Source of the DNA: Nibricoccus sp.
GTDB lineage: Bacteria; Verrucomicrobiota; Verrucomicrobiia; Opitutales; Opitutaceae
Assembly (NCBI GenBank): GCA_047602425.1
Contig: JASGHG010000001.1
Location: 32,001 to 96,000, forward strand
DNA: 64,000 bases
Reading direction: 5' to 3'
Shown piece by piece: positions 49,392 through 58,427 of this stretch; positions within the stretch are counted from its first letter, which is position 1; each line of letters begins with the position of its first letter. Under the pieces are notes generated by a model. That model worked only from the letters and a program-made list of their open reading frames with translations, made no database searches and was not told the DNA's origin. A program made the translations under genes and the position numbers.

Positions 49392-49850
49392 TTGTCCGAA
49401 ACCACCCCAAAAGAATCCTTTCTTCAAGGAGCTCCCCGAGCAGAGCTCGCCCGGCTGTGCCGGCAAATCTGCCTTGCCCGCGAGCAGGGCAAAATGTCGC
49501 CCGATATCGCCGACGAAGAATTCCGCCTTGCCCTGAATACCGTCCGGGCAACTTACAATTCCGTGAACATCAGCGACACCGACCTCGACGCCGTTGTCGC
49601 CGTCGAAGAAAACCGCGTCGCTGACGCTGCGGTTCTCGCGCAATTGATTTCCTCGCAGCTGGCAGCCATTTCGCCGGCAGGTTTGCCCGTACAAAAACCG
49701 GCCTTTCCTGCTTCCGAAACCGCCGCGAGCCTGCCTACGCCCATACCATTCCCCTCGGGCGGCTCGGCTCCGTCGCTCAATGTCGCCGATCTCATCGACG
49801 GCATGCTCGCCCAGGAGAAACGCGACCTTAAAACCAGTAAAAAGTACTAA
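49392..49850 (+). CDS. Hypothetical protein (helical N-domain, Pro-rich linker, C-terminal amphipathic helix); putative partner of the actin homolog
   Basis: TTG start (uncertain); ends 51 bp upstream of the actin gene on the same strand; C-terminal VADLIDGMLAQE. Confidence 0.7.
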   Translation: MSETTPKESFLQGAPRAELARLCRQICLAREQGKMSPDIADEEFRLALNTVRATYNSVNISDTDLDAVVAVEENRVADAAVLAQLISSQLAAISPAGLPVQKPAFPASETAASLPTPIPFPSGGSAPSLNVADLIDGMLAQEKRDLKTSKKY

Positions 49851-49901
49851 TTTCCAGCGCTGGCTTCAGCAAAACCTCATCCAAAGAACCAAACTCACTC
49901 C

Positions 49902-51056
49902 ATGAGCACATCAGCCGCTGCAGATAAAACATCACCCACCGCGATCGCCTCGCCACAACCCGCGGCGACCACGACCAAACCAGTCAAAACCGCCACTAAA
50001 ACCATTTTGGCCGGTTTCGATCTGGGCACCAACAAATCCTGCATCCTCGCCGGACCCGCGGGCACCAACGACATCACCCTCAGCAAGGTCATTCCGAGCG
50101 TAGTCGGCTACGTCAAGGAAGGCATTGTCGATGGCATCATCGCCGGCAATGCCACCATTCTTTTTGGTGAAGACGCGCTAGCCAACAGCCTGCATGTCGA
50201 CCTCATTGCCCCGATCGCCGAGGGCGTCATCGCCCACCCGCACGCCACGCGGGATTTTTTCCAACGCGTTCGCTCCCTTATCGATCCCGCCAATCAGGCT
50301 GAGATTCGCATCGTCGTCGGCATTCCCGCCAATGCCGACGAGACCGCCCGCGAAGACATTCGCCAATGCTCACTCGGCATCTTTGACCGCATTTTACTCA
50401 TTCCCGAACCATTCCTCGCTGCCCTCGGCTTCCGCGACGATTCGCGCGTGGGCCAGCCGGGTTACGTCGACCCGGTGACCAATGCTCTCTTCATCGACAT
50501 CGGCGGAGGCACCAGCGATCTCTGCCGCGTGCAAGGCTATTTCCCTTCGCGCGAAGACCAGATCTGCATTCCTTTCGCCGGCGATGCAATCGACGAAATC
50601 CTCCACACCGAACTCGATCGTTTGTATCCAAATAATGGATTGTCCCGGCACAAGGTCCGCGAAATCAAAGAGGCCCATTGCTACGTCGGACCCGTCCGCA
50701 AACCGATCGATGTCCGTGTGATCATCGGCGGTAAAGCCCACATGCTCGAACTCGGCGAAGCGCTCGGACGTGCCGCAAACACCCTGATCGACAAAATTTA
50801 TCCTTCGCTCACCGCGCTGATCAGCCGCGCTTCCTCCGACTCTGTCGTGACGCTCCTGCAGAACATCATCATCACCGGCGGCGGTTCGCAGATCAAAGGC
50901 ATCGATACCGTGCTTCAAAAGCGGCTCGCCGACGATGGCTTCGAAGCTCCCAAGGTCCGTCTCGCCGGTCAGGACTACAAGCGTTACGTCGCGATGGGCG
51001 CCCTCAAGGCCGCCCGTGCCGCCCGCGAAAACCAATGGCAATATTTGCTGAGATAA
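49902..51056 (+). CDS. Actin-like ATPase, MamK-like branch of the MreB/actin family
   Basis: Phosphate-1 FDLGT, connect-1 EPFLAA, phosphate-2 DIGGGTSD and adenosine ITGGGSQ. SVVGY, G.FP..EDQ...AG..IDE, LQNI and GAL..A......W..L resemble MamK rather than MreB. Confidence 0.88.
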   Translation: MSTSAAADKTSPTAIASPQPAATTTKPVKTATKTILAGFDLGTNKSCILAGPAGTNDITLSKVIPSVVGYVKEGIVDGIIAGNATILFGEDALANSLHVDLIAPIAEGVIAHPHATRDFFQRVRSLIDPANQAEIRIVVGIPANADETAREDIRQCSLGIFDRILLIPEPFLAALGFRDDSRVGQPGYVDPVTNALFIDIGGGTSDLCRVQGYFPSREDQICIPFAGDAIDEILHTELDRLYPNNGLSRHKVREIKEAHCYVGPVRKPIDVRVIIGGKAHMLELGEALGRAANTLIDKIYPSLTALISRASSDSVVTLLQNIIITGGGSQIKGIDTVLQKRLADDGFEAPKVRLAGQDYKRYVAMGALKAARAARENQWQYLLR

Positions 51057-51092
51057 AAACCCGCTAGCATTCCGGGATCTCATCCTCAGCTG

Positions 51093-51122
51093 GGCGGACG
51101 CGCAACCCGCGTCCGCCTTTTT
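51093..51122 (+). terminator. Intrinsic terminator after the actin gene
   Basis: GGCGGACGCG-CAACC-CGCGTCCGCC followed by TTTTT. Confidence 0.85.
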
Positions 51123-51153
51123 GTCCCAATTGACTGGGATAGGTCGAAAAAAA

Positions 51154-51510
51154 TCAGCCCAGATCTTTTCCTTGTTCTCGGGCTATCACCCACGCCAGCA
51201 TCAGCAACGAACGCTCGGCATCCGGCATCGCCGACTGAGCCTTTAAGATGAGGTGCAACCGCTGGCGGGGCACGCCGAGAAAACGCGCGAGGCGCACTTT
51301 CTCACCCCGTTTCACCAGCTGGCTGGTCACGCGCCTCCGCAGTTCGTTCCACAGCGGAGTATCGACTCCGGGTTTGAGCCCCTCGCCCGCTTTGCCCGAA
51401 CGCCGATGCGCCAGTTTGGCCGTCTGCAGCAAGGTTTCGCGCGCAGCGTTAACCAACGCTTCCATTACAGAATCCAGCATTTCCAATCTGGGATGAATCG
51501 AATTACTCAT
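51154..51510 (-). CDS. Small putative helix-turn-helix DNA-binding protein
   Basis: GEKVRLARFLGVPRQRLHLIL resembles an XRE-type HTH; basic, 118 aa. Confidence 0.7.
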   Translation of the reverse strand: MSNSIHPRLEMLDSVMEALVNAARETLLQTAKLAHRRSGKAGEGLKPGVDTPLWNELRRRVTSQLVKRGEKVRLARFLGVPRQRLHLILKAQSAMPDAERSLLMLAWVIAREQGKDLG

Positions 51511-51535
51511 GGTTTTTTAGATCTAGTCACTGATT

Positions 51536-51634
51536 GCGTCATCCATTGGATGACGCTCATGCGGAAAATCTCAGGAACCGTTGTAATTCAAAAATCCCAT
51601 CTTGCCAGCCCATTGTCATCTATTGGATGACAAT
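51536..51634. promoter_or_regulatory. Two palindromic sites GTCATCYATTGGATGAC upstream of the HTH gene
   Basis: GCGTCATCCATTGGATGACGC (51536-51556) and ATTGTCATCTATTGGATGACAAT (51612-51634); cores are 77 bp apart. Confidence 0.8.
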
Positions 51635-51783
51635 CTGCCTGGGCAGCCATTTGCCGCGACACCGGTCAAGGGCTGGACCAGTCTGGCGCTATCCGCAGTG
51701 CCTCGAGCTATCGGATGGTAAACGGAGTCATTCTCGGGTCGGCGAAGATACGTTGCTTCTGCTATCGCGTCGTTTGAAACGAT

Positions 51784-54057
51784 CTAACGTGGCGCGGGGA
51801 CGCTTGCTACATCGACCTTGCCGGCAGAGGTCGCGGCGCCTTCGGCGAGGGTGCGACTGGTTCGATAGTCCACCTTGCCGGTGCCCAGCATGGGAATGCT
51901 TTCCACGCGCAGGACATTTCTCGGTATCCAAAGGTTCGGCAGGCCCGCCGTGAGAAGAACTTCCCGCACGTGATCGGTGCCGATATCCTCGGTCGTCAGC
52001 AAAACTAGCGCCTCGCCTTTGGCCGGGTCTGGTATGCTGACTACAATCACTTTCGGGGCGTCCAATTGATCCAGGCCGAGACCGTCAGCCAGCTTCTGCT
52101 CAATCGTCGCCAGCGGCACCATTTCGCCCGCGATTTTGGCAAAACGCGAAAGCCGGCCTTCGATATGAAGGAAGCCTTCCGCATCGAACCGAGCGAGATC
52201 GCCCGTGACCAGCCAGCCATCACGGAAGGCCGCGGCGGTCTTCGCTGGATCCTTCAGATAGCCGCCAAACACATTCGCCCCGCGCAGCAAAAGAATCCCG
52301 GTCTCGGTCAGCGCCAGTTCGTCGTGCGTATCTGGATCGACAATACGTGCGGTCAATCCCGGGAGCATGCGACCCACGGAGCCGAGGCGTTTTCCGTGCT
52401 GGTGTTCGGCCGTCGATGTGGTGATGGGCGGATCGGGCTGGTTGACGTTGGTGACAGGGGTTGTTTCGGTCAAACCGTAGCCTTGGAGGATTTCGATGTG
52501 AAATTTCTCCATGAACGCGTCGTAGAGCTCGATTGGCATTTTTTCCGCGCCCGAGACGACAAGTTCCAGGGAACGCAGTTCGCCTTCCTCCGCTTTCTTC
52601 AACAACGGCCTCAAAAATGAGGGCGCCCCAATCAGCACCGAGGCGGATTCCTCGCGCACTCCATCCACGATTTTGCGCGTATCCAGCGGGCCCGGCACCG
52701 TGACCACGCGGCAACCGCGCAGCATCATGTACCAGAGCGTAACGGTGGAGCCAAAACTATGAAAGAGCGGCAGGCAGGCCAGCACGGTCGCCGTGTTGGG
52801 AAGAATGGCCATCGAGGAAATCTGCCAGCAGTTGGCCAGAACGTTCCGATGGGTCAGCACGACCCCTTTCGGCTCGCCAGAACTTCCGCTGGTGAAAAGC
52901 AGGCACGCTTCATCATCGCCGCCTCTGCGGGGCAAGCCGAGCAAGGTCGGTATAATCTGGTTCGGCAACGTCCACACCAGGGCCAGCCAGAACAACAGCC
53001 GGCCTTTGCCCGTAGCCATGATTTCACTTTTCAGGTCGAGAGTGCGCTCCGGCCAGGGAAAGTCGGGAAACTTCACCTTCATCGCATCGGCGGAGATCAC
53101 CGTTTTGACTTCCGCGAGTTGCAGACTCGTTTCGACAGCGGTACGGCCCGCGGTGAAATTGAGGTTAACGGGAATCTTGCCCGCGCAAACCACGGCGAGG
53201 TTCGCGATGAAGCCGCCCGCTCCCGGCGGCAACACAATGCCCACACGACGCTCCGGAACCATCTTGCGCAAACGGCGGGAGTACGCCGCCGCCACACCCA
53301 AGAGGCGTGCGGCAGTGACCTCGCGCCGCTCCGCCGTGCGATCGATCACTTCCACATGCGCCGGCCGTTTCGCCAACGATCGCACCACTTCGCGGCCGAG
53401 ATGCCGGCGCAACACCGGTCGTTCGTGAAATGCGATGGCTCCCAGATCGAGCAACTCCCGGCGCACCGTCATTGCATCGGCTTTATGCGCGACCAGAGGT
53501 TTGCCAAAGCAAACGCAGATGTGGGTCGGCATGAGGCGCGGCGATTTGAAAAGATATTTGTTACCCGAAAACGTGAAGACTGAACCCCAAATGCCGTCGT
53601 GCGCGACCGGAACTACCGGCACACCGGCCTTGCGCGCCATGATTTCGAATCCGCGTTGAACTTCCATCAATTGACCGGTTCTGGAAATTTCGCCTTCCGG
53701 AAAAAGACAAACCGCGTCACCGGCCTTGAGCGCATCGATCACCTTGCGCGTGCTGGCCAAAGTGTGTTTCGGCGAAATCACAATCGCGCCGCTGATCCGC
53801 ACCACCCACTCGAAAAACCAGTGATGGTTCAACTGCTCGTGGGCCACAAAACGCAGCCTCCGGTTGCGGCAGGCGAGTTGCATGATAACCGCGTCCACGT
53901 ATGAAAGGTGATTGGGCAAAATCAGCACGCCGCCTTTCTCCGGAATATTTTCCGAGCCGATGACACGCACGCGATACAGCAGGAGCGCCACGATCCCCAC
54001 AAGAATCTCAAGGGGCCAAGGCAGATAAGTGCGGCGAAGGGAGGCTGGAAGGGCCAT
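51784..54057 (-). CDS. aas: Bifunctional 2-acyl-GPE acyltransferase / acyl-ACP synthetase (Aas-like)
   Basis: PlsC motifs NHLSYVD and FPEGEISRTG; AMP-binding FTSGSSGEPKGV, GYGLTET, TGD and RFAKIAGEMV. Confidence 0.92.
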   Translation of the reverse strand: MALPASLRRTYLPWPLEILVGIVALLLYRVRVIGSENIPEKGGVLILPNHLSYVDAVIMQLACRNRRLRFVAHEQLNHHWFFEWVVRISGAIVISPKHTLASTRKVIDALKAGDAVCLFPEGEISRTGQLMEVQRGFEIMARKAGVPVVPVAHDGIWGSVFTFSGNKYLFKSPRLMPTHICVCFGKPLVAHKADAMTVRRELLDLGAIAFHERPVLRRHLGREVVRSLAKRPAHVEVIDRTAERREVTAARLLGVAAAYSRRLRKMVPERRVGIVLPPGAGGFIANLAVVCAGKIPVNLNFTAGRTAVETSLQLAEVKTVISADAMKVKFPDFPWPERTLDLKSEIMATGKGRLLFWLALVWTLPNQIIPTLLGLPRRGGDDEACLLFTSGSSGEPKGVVLTHRNVLANCWQISSMAILPNTATVLACLPLFHSFGSTVTLWYMMLRGCRVVTVPGPLDTRKIVDGVREESASVLIGAPSFLRPLLKKAEEGELRSLELVVSGAEKMPIELYDAFMEKFHIEILQGYGLTETTPVTNVNQPDPPITTSTAEHQHGKRLGSVGRMLPGLTARIVDPDTHDELALTETGILLLRGANVFGGYLKDPAKTAAAFRDGWLVTGDLARFDAEGFLHIEGRLSRFAKIAGEMVPLATIEQKLADGLGLDQLDAPKVIVVSIPDPAKGEALVLLTTEDIGTDHVREVLLTAGLPNLWIPRNVLRVESIPMLGTGKVDYRTSRTLAEGAATSAGKVDVASVPAPR

Positions 54058-54182
54058 GCAGTTCGAGGGGTTAGACGAGCATCCGGGGGGAAAATCTCAA
54101 TCAAATCTTTCCGGGCAAGCCGCGCGGCTATTTACCAGTCCACCTTCTAGCGGTTTCCGACGATCCGAAAAATCTGCAACTG

Positions 54183-54825
54183 CTAGGGTATCGGGTGCTT
54201 CCATGATCGCAAGTCGTTCGCCAGCGCACGAAAACCCGGAAAATCGTTTTCCAATCGCCGCGTGTCGCGAGCGTGGCGCCGCGCCTCTGCAAGGGCGCAG
54301 TCAATCTCATGAGGAAGGCTGGGCCGTTCCGTGCCATAGACGCGCACCTTGAGTTCGTGGCGTGTGTACGGCGGCCGGTTTTCCTCCTGGCCCTGCAACC
54401 AGACAGTCTCGGTCACCTTTTCGTCGCGGTCCGCACAAGTACCAGCTTTCGATCGCTGGAACGGCCACGCCCACCCCGCGCAAAATCCGCGTACGCCCCC
54501 GCGCCGGTGGCAGTTTTTTCACTGTCTGCCGAAAGACCGCGCGCAACTGGCACAGCCTGCAATGGGGGTGAAAATAGCCAGGCGCATCGTGCGGCTCGGT
54601 ATGCACGACCGAGTCGTCCGCATCCACCACTACAGCGAGCCCGACCGCATCGGTGTTGAAGTGCAGGTGACGAATAATCGCCGGCATGACCTGCGCCACG
54701 GAAGGCCAGCCGCGCGCACGCAGGGCGGCTTGGACCAGTTGAATTGGTTCGTCCAGTACCCCTTCAATCAAAACTCGGAGCGCCGCTTCGTCCGCAGGCG
54801 ATTCGCTCAGGATCGCGAGTTTCAT
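54183..54825 (-). pseudogene. TOPRIM-like (DUF4276/RloB-like) protein, split by a 1-nt insertion near 54428 (pseudogene or sequencing error)
   Basis: The N-part (LSES..DE, VVVDADD, AIESWYL) continues in another frame as (R)DEKVTETVW...FRAL..DL; removing one base gives a 213-aa ORF. Confidence 0.75.
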
Positions 54826-54874
54826 GCGATTGGACTTGGTTCAGTCACCTCACACGAAACCGTTTTTCTATGCC

Positions 54875-55885
54875 TCATTCGCGCTCCTCCGGATCTTTTT
54901 CCCGCGGAACACCGCCTAAAACACCCGAGAACCAAATATCGCCCAGCGGGCCTTCGCTCAATAACTCCTGATAGTCCGGGCGGTCCACCAATCTCTCGAA
55001 ACGCGCTTCAAGGCCCTCCTTCTGAGCGATCACCACTTCCTCCGGATGTTCCTTGAACAGGTCGAGCAGGTAGGGCGAATGCGTGGTCGCCACGATCTGC
55101 ACCGGCGCGCGTTTTTCGCCGAAAGATTCCGGATGGCTCAAACGGTACAACGCGTCGCGGATTTCGCGCAGGAGCCGCGGATGGATTCCACGGTCAATTT
55201 CCTCGATGCAAATGATCGAAGGCGGCGAGGGATCAAGCGCCAGCACCAGCGTGGCGAGGGTGTAGAGTGTGCCTTGCGACATCGCGTCGGCGAGGATGCG
55301 CTCGTTGCTGTCCGCAAATCGCGCGGCCAGCGCCACCTTTCCGTCCGCTTGCTGAACCACCTCCAATCCACCAAACTCCGTCAGCAACCGGCAAAATTCC
55401 GCTTCAAGCCGCTCAAAGGTCTCCGGCCGCTGATGCTGCCAGCGGGCGACCACGGCCGCGACGTTGCCGGCATTGCCAGCGAGTTCGACGCTGGCATCGC
55501 GTTTCGCCGGCTCCGCCATCGCATAGTGATCGAAAAGGTAACTGCGGATGCGCAAAATCTCGCTCATCGCTTGCGACCAAAGCTCGGGCGAGGGACTTCG
55601 CACCTTCAGCAGGTCGCACGCAAAATCAGTTGAGCAAGCAAGCGAGACCTCAAGTTCTTCAAATGGAGCGGTGAAACGAAAATCGATTTCCGGGCTGGCA
55701 AAGGGAGGAGTCGTGCCGTGCGCGTCTTTGACCGGAAGTTTGGTCAACCCGCGCAGGAGCAGCAGCGCCTGAATCAGACTCGTTTTGCCCGAACCATTGG
55801 GCCCCACCACAAGATTGAAAGGAGCCAGGGCGAGGCTGGTGTTTCGCAGCGCCTTGAAGTTCTTGAATGTGACAGAGGCGATCAC
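54875..55885 (-). CDS. ABC-type ATPase, AAA_21/OLD-like family
   Basis: F.NFK.L, Walker A GPNGSGKT, signature MSQGT, Walker B/D-loop ICIEEIDRGIHP, H-loop TTHSP and C-terminal LGDIWFSG..GGVP. Confidence 0.9.
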   Translation of the reverse strand: MIASVTFKNFKALRNTSLALAPFNLVVGPNGSGKTSLIQALLLLRGLTKLPVKDAHGTTPPFASPEIDFRFTAPFEELEVSLACSTDFACDLLKVRSPSPELWSQAMSEILRIRSYLFDHYAMAEPAKRDASVELAGNAGNVAAVVARWQHQRPETFERLEAEFCRLLTEFGGLEVVQQADGKVALAARFADSNERILADAMSQGTLYTLATLVLALDPSPPSIICIEEIDRGIHPRLLREIRDALYRLSHPESFGEKRAPVQIVATTHSPYLLDLFKEHPEEVVIAQKEGLEARFERLVDRPDYQELLSEGPLGDIWFSGVLGGVPREKDPEERE

Positions 55886-55951
55886 GACCGAACGTTAGTC
55901 CACAAAAGGCCGTTCGGCCAGCCCGCAATCGAGCAAGCGCAACGCGAATGC

Positions 55952-57511
55952 TCAAACGCGGATGCCCAGTTCGTCGATGCGTTTGCGCAACGTGGCACGG
56001 GTGATGCCGAGTTGTTCCGAGGCCTTCAGGATGTTGCCGCCTTGGGCGACGACCACGCGTTTGATCATTTCGCGTTCGATGCGTTCCAGAATCGGCTCTT
56101 CCGATTTTCCGAGTTCCTCGTGCAAAAAATCCAGCGCGCCGTCGATCGTCAGCGCCGGTTGCGCCGCTGCGGCGGCGAGCGCGGCCGTCACATGCTTGGC
56201 GCGGGTAAGCGCGGCGCCTTCGGAGACGGCCGTGCGCATCGCATCAAATGGAGCACTGGTCGCCGGCACCGTCACTGAAATCTCGGGAGCGAGAATGGGC
56301 GCGGCGGCGGCCGGAAGCGCTCCGACCGCATCGCGGATTTCCTGAGGCAGATCCTTGGGCAAAATTGTGTCGCCTTGCGCAATGACCGCACTGCGGTAGA
56401 CGACGTTTTCCAGTTCGCGCACATTGCCCTGCCAGCGGTGGCGCACGAGAATCGCCATTGTCTCGGGCGAAACCTTGCTCACGCGCGCCTTCTTTTGCTT
56501 AACCAGGTTCTGGAGGCAAAAGTCGACAATCTGCGGAATATCGTCCGGACGCTCGCGCAAGGCCGGCATCTTGATGCGCACGACATTGAGGCGGTAATAA
56601 AGATCCTCGCGGAAGGTTTTGGCTTTGACCATTTCCTCCAGGTCTTTGTTCGTCGCGGCGATGATGCGGACGTCGACTTTGATCGTCTCCATGCCGCCCA
56701 CGCGCTGGATTTCGCCCTGCTGGAGGACGCGCAGGATTTTCGTCTGCGTCGCAAGCGCCATGTCGCCTATTTCGTCGAGGAAGATCGTGCCGCCATCACA
56801 GAGTTCGAACTTGCCGATACGCTGGCCGGTCGCACCGGTGAACGAACCTTTTTCATGACCGAAAAGTTCGCTCTCGATGAGGTTGTCGGGAATGGCCGCG
56901 CAATTGACCGCGATGAACGGCTTCGCCGCACGGTGACTGTGTTTCCAAATCGAACGGGCGACAAGCTCCTTGCCGGTGCCGCTTTCGCCCGTGACCATCA
57001 CGGTCACGTCGCTGGCGGTGATTTGTCCGATAATTTTGAATACATCCTGCATCACCGGCGAACTGCCGACGATGCCTTCCTTATAGTCTTCACTGTTGAT
57101 CGTCGGTTTGTATTCGCCGACGGCGCGGATTTCGGCGTGGGCCTTGAGCGCGTTTTCAGCCAGTGCGAGCACCTTCGCGGGGTCGAAGGGCTTCATGATG
57201 TAGTCGAACGCCCCGTATTTCATGGCCTCGATCGCCGTCTGGGCAGTGCCAAAAGCGGTCATCAGCACCACCATTTGCTTGGGGTTGGTTGACCGGATGT
57301 GCTGAAGCGCCTCGATGCCGCTCATGCCGCTCATGCGGATATCCAGAAATACGAGATCCGGGGGGCTCTTTTTCACCGCTGCCACGCCCAGCTCGCCGCT
57401 CGGAGCTTCGATCACTTGGTATCCGCGCGAAGAAAGCACCCGCGAAAGCGAGTAACGAATCTCGGAATCATCGTCGATGATCAGAATGGTGGGCTTGGCA
57501 ATGGTGGACAT
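55952..57511 (-). CDS. Sigma-54-dependent response regulator (NtrC family)
   Basis: Receiver (IIDDD, FLDIRM, KPF), [34 protein letters not shown] and Fis HTH. Start is 57511 or 57517. Confidence 0.96.
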   Translation of the reverse strand: MSTIAKPTILIIDDDSEIRYSLSRVLSSRGYQVIEAPSGELGVAAVKKSPPDLVFLDIRMSGMSGIEALQHIRSTNPKQMVVLMTAFGTAQTAIEAMKYGAFDYIMKPFDPAKVLALAENALKAHAEIRAVGEYKPTINSEDYKEGIVGSSPVMQDVFKIIGQITASDVTVMVTGESGTGKELVARSIWKHSHRAAKPFIAVNCAAIPDNLIESELFGHEKGSFTGATGQRIGKFELCDGGTIFLDEIGDMALATQTKILRVLQQGEIQRVGGMETIKVDVRIIAATNKDLEEMVKAKTFREDLYYRLNVVRIKMPALRERPDDIPQIVDFCLQNLVKQKKARVSKVSPETMAILVRHRWQGNVRELENVVYRSAVIAQGDTILPKDLPQEIRDAVGALPAAAAPILAPEISVTVPATSAPFDAMRTAVSEGAALTRAKHVTAALAAAAAQPALTIDGALDFLHEELGKSEEPILERIEREMIKRVVVAQGGNILKASEQLGITRATLRKRIDELGIRV

Positions 57512-57576
57512 GAGCATGCGCGATTAGCGCGGATTTGTTCTAGCGAAGTGGGAGAAACACGGTTTGCTTAAACCAA

Positions 57577-58419
57577 ATGCTCAACGGGTCAATTAGGTTG
57601 TTCCGCGTCGCCGGTATCCAACTGTCGGTGCATAACACATTTTTCCTGCTCCTCGCCTACTACGCGTGGGATGGTTGGCAGGACGCGGGCGGTCATGGGA
57701 GCGCCGGCGCAATCAGTGCGCTGGTGAGCGCGAGCCTCGTATTGTTTCTTTTCATATTTGTGGTTCTGCACGAATTCGGCCACGCGTTCGCCGCCCGACA
57801 TTATGGCATCGCCGTCCCTCGCATCCTTCTGTTGCCCATTGGCGGTATGGCCCAGATGAGCGCGATTCCGCGCAATCCCTGGCAGGAGTTCGTCATCACC
57901 ATCGCGGGCCCCGCGGTAAACTTCGCAATCGTGGGTTTCATGATGATTTTTGCGCCTTTCCACACCGAGCAAATATTGGCCCACGTTCGCCAATTTCTCG
58001 GACTGAAGGTGACCCCGGGAACGGACATGGAACTCGCCTGGCCGCAATTCATCATGTTGATGAACTTGCTCATGGGCTGCTTCAATCTGATCCCTGTGTT
58101 TCCCATGGACGGCGGCCGCATGTTGCGTGCGACGCTTGCCTCGCGATTGCCTTACGTAAAAGCAACGTGGATCGCCGCAACCATCGCCAAGGTGCTGGCG
58201 GTGGCCGGCGTTCTCCTCGCGCTTTTTTGGTTCGACCCGGCGCGCATTCAACTGGCCCTTCTCTTCGGTTTCATCTTTTTCGCCGGACACTCCGAATATA
58301 AAATGGTTCAACGCCGCGAAGCCGAAGATGCCCAATGGCGTCAGATGCTCGCCGAACTGCACGCCAGGTCCTTGCACGTGGCTCCGTCGCCAGTCGCACC
58401 GCCGGAAAAGCATTCTTAA
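57577..58419 (+). CDS. Site-2 protease, M50 (SpoIVFB-like)
   Basis: HEFGH, LLPIGG, IAGPAVN and FNLIPVFPMDGGR. Confidence 0.93.
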   Translation: MLNGSIRLFRVAGIQLSVHNTFFLLLAYYAWDGWQDAGGHGSAGAISALVSASLVLFLFIFVVLHEFGHAFAARHYGIAVPRILLLPIGGMAQMSAIPRNPWQEFVITIAGPAVNFAIVGFMMIFAPFHTEQILAHVRQFLGLKVTPGTDMELAWPQFIMLMNLLMGCFNLIPVFPMDGGRMLRATLASRLPYVKATWIAATIAKVLAVAGVLLALFWFDPARIQLALLFGFIFFAGHSEYKMVQRREAEDAQWRQMLAELHARSLHVAPSPVAPPEKHS

Positions 58420-58427
58420 AGACGTTA

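Noticed and set aside
49902..51056. Calling this gene mreB, or calling the organism magnetotactic
   Set aside because: It lacks mreCD context and its motifs look more MamK-like, but no other mam genes are visible, so neither label is supported.
56830..56860. GSFTGA instead of GAFTGA in the enhancer-binding protein
   Set aside because: A common natural variant; not evidence of sigma-54 independence.
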